From an uncultured Actinomycetota bacterium (GTDB lineage: Bacteria > Actinomycetota > Nitriliruptoria > Nitriliruptorales > Nitriliruptoraceae), in NCBI GenBank assembly GCA_964433685.1, contig CAYSTY010000001.1:1-61330 (forward strand): a stretch of DNA of 61,330 nt, written 5' to 3'. Under the pieces are notes generated by a model. It made no database searches. It had not been told where the DNA came from and saw only the letters and a program-made list of their open reading frames with translations. Position 1 is the first letter of the stretch. Every line of letters begins with the position of its first letter. This document shows positions 55,093 through 61,330 of this stretch, piece after piece. The translations under genes and the position numbers were made by a program.

Positions 55093-55919
55093 CGGTCGCT
55101 GCCCACCACCGCGAGCGGCCGCACCGGCGAGCCGGTCGCACCCACGAGCGGGAGGGGAGCGATCACGAGGACGAACTCGTGGGCGGCGGCGGCGGCGAGG
55201 CCCTCGAGGTCCATGGTCTCGATGATGTGGATGCCGTGATCGACGAGCAGGACCCGGTGCGCCGGCAGCGCGCTGTGGCCCGCGCCAGGGGCGAGGCGCT
55301 CGAAGGCGATCGAGTCGGCCCCGACCGCGCGGACCCGCTGGGCGGCCAACCACTTCGCGCCGTCCTCGGACACCCCCGGCACACCCGTGTCGTGGCCGAC
55401 GTAGTCCGGTCCGTCGTCCCACCGCCGACCCCAGCCGGAGCGGACGAGCACCGCGTCCCCGGGGACGATCGGCGTGCCCTGGACGTCAGCGGTCGACTCG
55501 AGGTCCTCGATGGTGATCTCGTAGCCCGGGTCACAGACCTCGAGACCCAGCGCCCGCGGGACGTCGAGCAGGACCCCACGACACAGCGTCGGTGGGAACT
55601 CGTCGATCCCGTGGGACCCGAGCCGGCCGCCGCGCTGGATGTCCTCGGCCCGGATGTCGCCGTGGACCGCACCGAGGTGGGAGACGTGACCGAGCGCGTC
55701 GATGTGCGTGCCGACGTGGGTGCCCGTGAGCAACAGGTCGTTGGCCGCCGAACCCCCGTCGGCACGCACCGCGTCACCGTGACGTCGTGGCATCGTCAGC
55801 GTGAACCGGGGGTGGTTGGGCGACTGGGGCATCCCGGTCACCATCGGGCGGGCCAGGTCGTGGACGGTGACACCAGCTCCGCCGTCGATGGTGGCCAGCA
55901 GCTGCGCGGTCGTGCTCAC
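55089..55919 (-). CDS. Cyclase family metal hydrolase (kynurenine formamidase-like)
   Basis: HVGTHIDALGH (HxGTHxDxxxH), GADS, H..LL..GI.IIE, GATGSPVRPLA. Confidence 0.9.
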   Translation of the reverse strand: MSTTAQLLATIDGGAGVTVHDLARPMVTGMPQSPNHPRFTLTMPRRHGDAVRADGGSAANDLLLTGTHVGTHIDALGHVSHLGAVHGDIRAEDIQRGGRLGSHGIDEFPPTLCRGVLLDVPRALGLEVCDPGYEITIEDLESTADVQGTPIVPGDAVLVRSGWGRRWDDGPDYVGHDTGVPGVSEDGAKWLAAQRVRAVGADSIAFERLAPGAGHSALPAHRVLLVDHGIHIIETMDLEGLAAAAAHEFVLVIAPLPLVGATGSPVRPLAVVGSDR

Positions 55920-56812
55920 GCTGTTCCTTCCTCGCGGGCTCCCGCGAGCACGCTCTCGGCGCGCCCGACGACCGCGGGGTCGACGAAGCCGCCGTCCACG
56001 GTCAACGCTGCGCGTCCCTCTCGTCCCGCTGCCTCGGCGGCGGCGAGCACCCGGCGGGCCCACGCGACCTCGTCGTCGGACGAGGTGAACACCTCGTGCA
56101 CGACCGCGAGCTGGCGCGGGTGGATCACCGACTTGCTCCCGAACCCGAGCCGGCGGGCGAGCCTGGCCCCCTCACGCAGCCCCACCTCGTCGTCGAGCTG
56201 GGTGTGCACGCTGTCGACGGGCGGCCCGATGCCGGCGACCCGGGAGGCGAGCACCAGCTGCGAGCGGGCGAACAGCGTCGCCTCACCGTGCGGTTCGCCC
56301 TGGGCGCGGATGTCGGCGAGGAAGTCGGTGGCCCCGAAGCACAGGTGCTCCACCCGCGGTTGCGCGGCCAGCTCGGAGGCGGCGGCGACGCCCCGCGCCG
56401 ACTCGATCAACGCGTGGACCGCGATGGCGCCGGCGGGCAGGCCACGCTCCGCCTCGAGGTTGGTCAGGATGGTGTCGAGCAGCCGCAGGGTGCGCGGCTG
56501 TTCGCAGGAGGGCACCCGGATGGCCGCGAGCCCGGGCCGCACGATGGCGGCGACGTCGTCCTGGTCGAAGCCGAACCGGCCACCGTTGACCCGGACGTGC
56601 ATCGGCGGGCCGGGCACCGCCACCTGCGCGTCGAGGTAGGCGACCACGGCCCGCCGTGCGTCCACCTTGTGCACCGGGGCGACCGCGTCCTCGAGGTCGA
56701 GCACGACGGCGTCGGCGCCCGCGTCGCGGACCTTGGCCAGGATGCGCGGCGAGCTGCCCGGTGCGTAGAGGAACGAACGGGCCGGCGCGGAACGATCGGT
56801 GAGCTCAGGCAA
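55916..56812 (-). CDS. CitE-family CoA ester lyase 2
   Basis: RSFLYAPG, DLEDAV, VRVN, LIESARG, GATD, GFGSKSVIHPRQ. Confidence 0.9.
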   Translation of the reverse strand: MPELTDRSAPARSFLYAPGSSPRILAKVRDAGADAVVLDLEDAVAPVHKVDARRAVVAYLDAQVAVPGPPMHVRVNGGRFGFDQDDVAAIVRPGLAAIRVPSCEQPRTLRLLDTILTNLEAERGLPAGAIAVHALIESARGVAAASELAAQPRVEHLCFGATDFLADIRAQGEPHGEATLFARSQLVLASRVAGIGPPVDSVHTQLDDEVGLREGARLARRLGFGSKSVIHPRQLAVVHEVFTSSDDEVAWARRVLAAAEAAGREGRAALTVDGGFVDPAVVGRAESVLAGAREEGTA

Positions 56813-58013
56813 CGGTGCCCCTCCCGCGTAGCTCCTCGATCCGTTCCGGCGCGAGGCCGAGCTCGGTCAGGACCTCGTCGGTGTCGGCGCCGAGCGCACG
56901 TCCGGTCCACCGGATGGCACCCGGCGTCTTCGACATGCGGAACAGCACGTTCTGCATCCGGACCGGCCCGAGGTCGGGGTCCTCGACGGTGGTGACCATG
57001 TCGAGCGCCTGCACCTGCGGGTCGTCGACGAGCTGCGAGGCGTCGTAGATCGGCGCGACCGCCGCGTCGGCGGCCTCGAACGCGGCGGTGACCTCGTCAC
57101 GGGTGCGCGCGGCGATCCAGTCGGCCACGTACGTGTCGAGCAGGTCGGCGTGCTCCGCCCGACCTCGCCCGCTGGCGAACCACGGTTCGTCGATGACCTC
57201 CGGGTGGTCGACGAGCTTCATCACCCGTTCGGCGATGCTCTGCGCCGAGGTGGAGATCGCCACCCACTGGTCGTCGGCCGTCCGGTAGGTGTTGCGCGGC
57301 GCGTTGTTCGACGAGCGGTTGCCGAGCCGCGGTGGCACGACGCCGAGCTGATCCCAGGTGATCACGTGGGGCCCGAGGGCGCTCGTGATCGGTTCGAGCA
57401 GGGACAGGTCGATGCACTGGCCGCCCCCACCGGAGGCGTCGCGGTGGTAGAGCGCCATGACGGCGGCGTTCGCGGCCGCCATGGCCGCGATCGAGTCCGC
57501 CAACCCGAACGGCGGCAGCGTCGGGGGACCGTCCGGTTCCCCGGTCATGGCCGCGAAGCCCGACATCGACTCGACCAGCGTCCCGAACCCGGGTCGTCCG
57601 GCGTACGGGCCCTCCTGCCCGAAGCCGGTGATCCGCACGAGGACGAGGCCGGGGTTGATGGCCGCGAGCTCGTCGTACCCGAGGCCCCAACGCTCGAGCG
57701 TGCCGGGCCGGAAGTTCTCCACCACGACGTCGGCGTCGCGGACCAGGTCGCGGAAGATCGCCGCACCGTCGGGGTCGCCGAGGTAGAGGCCGACGCAGCG
57801 CTTGTTGCGTGCGACCAGCTTCCACCACAGGCCGTGACCGTCCTTGCGGTAGCCGTGGTCGCGGAACGAGTCACCTCGGCTCGGGTGCTCGAGCTTGATC
57901 ACGTCGGCACCGAAGTCGCCGAGGATCTGGCACGCCATCGGTCCGGCGAGCACCGTCGACGCGTCGATGACACGGACGCCCGCCAGCGGCCCGGTCACCC
58001 CGCCCGCAGCCAC
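56805..58013 (-). CDS. CaiB/BaiF CoA-transferase 3
   Basis: GPLAGVRVID, LAGP, RNKR, ENFRPG, GFGQEGP. Confidence 0.9.
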   Translation of the reverse strand: MAAGGVTGPLAGVRVIDASTVLAGPMACQILGDFGADVIKLEHPSRGDSFRDHGYRKDGHGLWWKLVARNKRCVGLYLGDPDGAAIFRDLVRDADVVVENFRPGTLERWGLGYDELAAINPGLVLVRITGFGQEGPYAGRPGFGTLVESMSGFAAMTGEPDGPPTLPPFGLADSIAAMAAANAAVMALYHRDASGGGGQCIDLSLLEPITSALGPHVITWDQLGVVPPRLGNRSSNNAPRNTYRTADDQWVAISTSAQSIAERVMKLVDHPEVIDEPWFASGRGRAEHADLLDTYVADWIAARTRDEVTAAFEAADAAVAPIYDASQLVDDPQVQALDMVTTVEDPDLGPVRMQNVLFRMSKTPGAIRWTGRALGADTDEVLTELGLAPERIEELRGRGTVA

Positions 58014-58075
58014 CACCCGACCTCCACCCGTCCTCGGACCCCGCCTGGGTACGCGGGACCCGGCGTGCGCCGAGT

Positions 58076-58138
58076 GTTCCGCTCTTCGGAACAACGTTCC
58101 GCTACAACACGATACGCGTGGTCCGGCCGGACTGTCAA
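58076..58138 (-). promoter_or_regulatory. Promoter plus operator copy 8
   Basis: Minus strand TTGACA(58138-58133)-N18-TATCGT(58114-58109); GTTCCgctcttcGGAACaacGTTCC at 58076-58100 just downstream. Confidence 0.72.
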
Positions 58139-59112
58139 CGTTCCCGGTCGCCGCTGCGGCCGTGGTCGCCCGGGACGAGCAGGGGTCGGGCTCCTTGCGG
58201 TTCGCCCACGAAGGCCGCGGGCGCCTCGGCGAGGGCGTACCGCGTCCCGACGCGCGGGCGCAGCGTCCCCGCGGCGAGCGCATCGATGCAGCGCACCGCC
58301 ACCTCCCGCAGGCGCTCCTCCGGCGTCGCGTGCACGTTCAGCGCCATCAGCCGGTGCTCGTTGACCAGGAGCGCGGGGACGAGCAGGGACGCGGTCACCC
58401 CGGCCGCGTAGCCGAGGAGCACGTGCCGACAGCGGGACGCCCCGAGGCGGGCCGCCGCCGGTGTCCACGCCCCCCCGAGCGGGTCGACGATCACGTCCAC
58501 CCGCCCCCCGGGGAACGCGCTCGGGTCGTCGAGTAGGTCGAGCGGTCCGACCTCGGCCGGCAGTTCCGCGAGCGCGGCGGGGTCCCGCGCGAGCGCCACC
58601 ACCTCGCCGCCGGCAGCGGCCGCCAGCTCCACGGCGGCGCGCCCGACCCCGCCGCTCGCGCCGAGGACGAGCACCCGCTCCCCCGGCCGCACCCCGGCGT
58701 GGTCGTCGAGCGCCAGAGCGGCCGCGATGGCGCTGCTCAACCCCGCGGCGACCACGTCGTCGGCGACCGCGGCGGGCAGCGGCACGAGCGCGGACGCCGG
58801 TGCGTCGAACCAGGTGGCGAAGCAGCCGGGCCGCGCCGTGCCGAGCCCGGCGCTGCCACCGAGGACGGCGACGCGGGCACCGGTCCGCACCGACCGCGCC
58901 ACGGCGGAGCTGCCGGGTCGGAGGCCGGCGACGACACCGGGCAGCCGCCCGCGGGCGATCTGGCCGTCGAGCGGTTGGAGCTCGGCCACGAGCAGCTCGA
59001 GCCGCTCCCACCCCGGCGCGGGCCCATCGTCGGGCCGCGGGTGCGCCACCACGTCGACGGTGGGCGGATCGGTCAGTGCCGGCAACCGGACGGCGAGGTC
59101 GGTGGTGGTCAC
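58135..59112 (-). CDS. MDR/quinone oxidoreductase family protein
   Basis: GTG 59112 with GAGGAG RBS; PGERVLVLGASGGVG, VDVIVDPLGG, GYAAG, YAL.EA..A. Confidence 0.8.
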   Translation of the reverse strand: MTTTDLAVRLPALTDPPTVDVVAHPRPDDGPAPGWERLELLVAELQPLDGQIARGRLPGVVAGLRPGSSAVARSVRTGARVAVLGGSAGLGTARPGCFATWFDAPASALVPLPAAVADDVVAAGLSSAIAAALALDDHAGVRPGERVLVLGASGGVGRAAVELAAAAGGEVVALARDPAALAELPAEVGPLDLLDDPSAFPGGRVDVIVDPLGGAWTPAAARLGASRCRHVLLGYAAGVTASLLVPALLVNEHRLMALNVHATPEERLREVAVRCIDALAAGTLRPRVGTRYALAEAPAAFVGEPQGARPLLVPGDHGRSGDRER

Positions 59113-59162
59113 GGGAGCTCCTCGGAGGTACGGACGGCGCGGCGTCGGGACGGGGCTGAAGT

Positions 59163-59187
59163 GGAACGCCATTCCGCTGGATGGAAC
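59163..59187. promoter_or_regulatory. Operator copy 9
   Basis: GGAACgccATTCCgctggatGGAAC in the divergent gap, followed by TAGGCT. Confidence 0.75.
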
Positions 59188-59226
59188 CAGGCTAGGCTGT
59201 CGCGACCGCGGACGTGGAGGACCGAG

Positions 59227-60663
59227 GTGGGCGAGGCGACGACCGGCTACGACGTGCTCGTCGTGGGGGCTGGCTCCGCGGGGATCCCGTGCGCGCTCGC
59301 GGCCGCCGAACGGGGCGCCCGCGTCCTCGTGGTCGACAAGGCCGACCGCATCGGCGGGACCCTCCACGTCAGCGGTGGGCACGTGACCGGTGCGGGCACC
59401 CGTCGCCAGCGTGAACGCGACATCGTCGACCACCCCGACGACCACTACGCCGACGTGATGCGCATCGGCCGTGGGCGGGCGCGGCCCGACCTGCTGCGGC
59501 TCGCGGTCGACCTCGCCGCGCCCACCATCGACTGGCTGGACGAGCTCGGTCTCGAGCACGACGAACGCTCGCCCCGGATCGTGTACGGCCACGAGCCCTA
59601 CGGCGCGCCGCGCACCCACTACGGCCCCGACGAGGCCCGATCGATCCTCGCCGTCCTCGCGCCCCCGTTCGAGCGTGCGGTGGCACGCGGTGCGATCGAC
59701 CTGTGGCTCGACGCACCGGTCACGGCCCTCCGCACCGGTGCGGACGGTGCCGTCACCGGCGCCGTCGTGCGTCGCGGCGACCACGAGGTGACCGTCCCCG
59801 CTCGAGCGACCGTGCTGGCCACCGGTGGCTACGGGGCCGACCCGGACCGCTTCCGGGCGATGGAGGGCTACCCGCTCTACACCGTCGCACCACCGACCTC
59901 CACCGGCGACGGCCTCGGACTCGCCGAGGAGGTCGGGGCCGGCCTCACCTCGGCCGGCGACTTCCTGCCGACCTTCGGTGGTCTGCCGCTCGAGGGCCAG
60001 CCCGGTCGTACCTCCTGGTCCGAGCGCGCCCACCTCGTGGCGAACGAGCGGCCGCCGTGGGAGCTGTACGTCGACGTCCGTGGGCAGCGGTTCGTCGCCG
60101 AGGACGAGCCCAGCATCGATGAGAAGGAACGTCGCCTGCTCGAGGCAGCACCGGAGCTGACCTTCCACGTCGTCTTCGACGAGCGCGCCCTGCGGGAGGC
60201 GCCACCGCTGATCATCGGTGCCACCCGCGACGAGGTCGCCGCGATGGCCGGCCGTCGTGAGGGGTGGGTGTCCGCGCCCACGCTGCGGGAGCTCGCCGAG
60301 GCGGCAGGGATCGACGCCGACGGCCTCGAGGCGACCGTCGCCGACTACAACGCACGGCTCGCGGCCGACGCGCCCGACGTCCTCGGCCGTACCCACCGCC
60401 CCGCGCCCGTCACCGAGGCGCCGTTCCACGCCCTGCGCAACCACGGCGCGACCCTGATCACCTTCGCGGGCGTGGACGTGACCGGCGAACTCGAGGTGCG
60501 ACGGCCCGACGGCGCCCCGGTCGGCGGGCTGTACGCCGTCGGCGAGGTCCTCGGCGCCGCGCCGACGATGGGCAACGCCTTCTGCGGCGGCATGACGCTC
60601 ACACCCGCCCTCGCCTTCGGTCGGGAGCTCGGTCGCCGCCTCGGTGCGGCCCTCGGCGCCTGA
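59227..60663 (+). CDS. FAD-dependent oxidoreductase (fumarate reductase flavoprotein/KstD-like)
   Basis: DVLVVGAGSAG, VLATGGY, STGDG, GQRFVAE, T.AGV, GLYAVGE, G..L..A..FGR. Confidence 0.88.
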   Translation: MGEATTGYDVLVVGAGSAGIPCALAAAERGARVLVVDKADRIGGTLHVSGGHVTGAGTRRQRERDIVDHPDDHYADVMRIGRGRARPDLLRLAVDLAAPTIDWLDELGLEHDERSPRIVYGHEPYGAPRTHYGPDEARSILAVLAPPFERAVARGAIDLWLDAPVTALRTGADGAVTGAVVRRGDHEVTVPARATVLATGGYGADPDRFRAMEGYPLYTVAPPTSTGDGLGLAEEVGAGLTSAGDFLPTFGGLPLEGQPGRTSWSERAHLVANERPPWELYVDVRGQRFVAEDEPSIDEKERRLLEAAPELTFHVVFDERALREAPPLIIGATRDEVAAMAGRREGWVSAPTLRELAEAAGIDADGLEATVADYNARLAADAPDVLGRTHRPAPVTEAPFHALRNHGATLITFAGVDVTGELEVRRPDGAPVGGLYAVGEVLGAAPTMGNAFCGGMTLTPALAFGRELGRRLGAALGA

Positions 60664-60745
60664 CGGACGGCCGTCGGCGCTCGGGCCGAGCCACCACCGG
60701 GACCCGGAAGTAGGCTCGGACCTCGCGTCCACGTCAGGCAGCCGC

Positions 60746-61330
60746 ATGTCCAGCACCCCGGCCACCACGGCCGACCACCCCGCTCCCGGGACGGTCCCCG
60801 ACCTCGTCACGCCGACCTGGGAGTACGCCCCGGCGCCGGAGGCGCGTGACCTCGTCCGGCTCCGTGACAGCTACGGGCTGTTCATCGGCGGCGAGTTCGT
60901 CGACCCAGCCGACGGCGGCAGCTTCGCGACCATCTCCCCGGCGAGCGAGGAACACCTCGCCGACATCGCCCTCGGGACCGCGACCGACGTGGATCGGGCG
61001 GTGACCGCGGCGCGGAAGGCGTTCCGGTCGTGGTCCCGCCTTCCGGGCGCGGAGCGGGGCAAGTACCTCTACCGGCTCGCGCGGTTGCTGCAGGAACGCG
61101 CGCGGGAGTTCGCGGTCCTCGAGTCGCTGGACAACGGCAAGCCGATCCGTGAGTCGCGTGACGTGGACGTACCGACCGCTGCGGCGTGGTTGTTCCACCA
61201 CGCCGGGTGGGCCGACAAGCTGGACTGGGCCGGGCTCGGTCCGGCACCCAAGCCGCTCGGCGTGGTGGGACAGGTCATCCCCTGGAACTTCCCGCTGATG
61301 ATGCTGGCCTGGAAGGTCGCGCCGGCGCTC
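60746..61330 (+). CDS. Aldehyde dehydrogenase, N-terminal part (truncated by the window edge)
   Basis: Not in the ORF track. ATG 60746, WEYAPAPE..YGLFIGGEF, ESLDNGKPIRESRDVD, GQVIPWNFPL..AWKVAPAL. Confidence 0.88.
   Translation, partial: MSSTPATTADHPAPGTVPDLVTPTWEYAPAPEARDLVRLRDSYGLFIGGEFVDPADGGSFATISPASEEHLADIALGTATDVDRAVTAARKAFRSWSRLPGAERGKYLYRLARLLQERAREFAVLESLDNGKPIRESRDVDVPTAAAWLFHHAGWADKLDWAGLGPAPKPLGVVGQVIPWNFPLMMLAWKVAPAL

Noticed and set aside
17252-60663. Steroid degradation cluster (KshA-like Rieske, KstD-like flavoprotein, thiolase/DUF35/MaoC)
   Set aside because: No recognisable HsaC/HsaD or KstR-type TetR, and it would not explain the RCCR x3, Rv2074-like or many C-N hydrolases. 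Kept only as a weaker alternative.

Overview
High-GC Actinomycetota-type DNA (taxonomy inferred from GC, sortase motifs and F420-type enzymes). Almost the whole window (<1 to ~60.7 kb) looks like one co-regulated catabolic island of about 50 genes, with no RNA genes, CRISPR array or recognisable mobile element. Left part (409-12553, minus): a cell-surface capture and import operon with a WxL-like protein, a DUF916 WxL-partner, neocarzinostatin-apoprotein-fold proteins, two sortase-anchored proteins and a fused Liv-type ABC importer. The rest encodes homologues of plant chlorophyll-breakdown and bilin enzymes: three red chlorophyll catabolite reductase (RCCR)-like proteins, two NOL/NYC1 chlorophyll b reductase-like SDRs (one fused to an MFS transporter), a Rieske oxygenase, a chlorophyllase-type hydrolase and an Rv2074-like F420 biliverdin reductase. 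It also encodes a plausible lower pathway for cyclic imides and substituted maleates: cyclic amidohydrolase, isochorismatase-family amidase, tandem nitrilase, maleate-isomerase family, MmgE/PrpD x2, CoA-transferase x3, MaoC x3, CitE x2, HMG-CoA lyase and an ICL/PEP-mutase lyase. Nine copies of a GGAAC-N3-GTTCC / GTTCC-N7-GGAAC operator (probably for the IclR) and four (T/C)GTATACA boxes (probably for the GntR) tie the operons together. Main hypothesis: an uncharacterised bacterial tetrapyrrole (chlorophyll/bilin) scavenging and degradation system. Family calls come from motifs and recalled sequences, not database searches.
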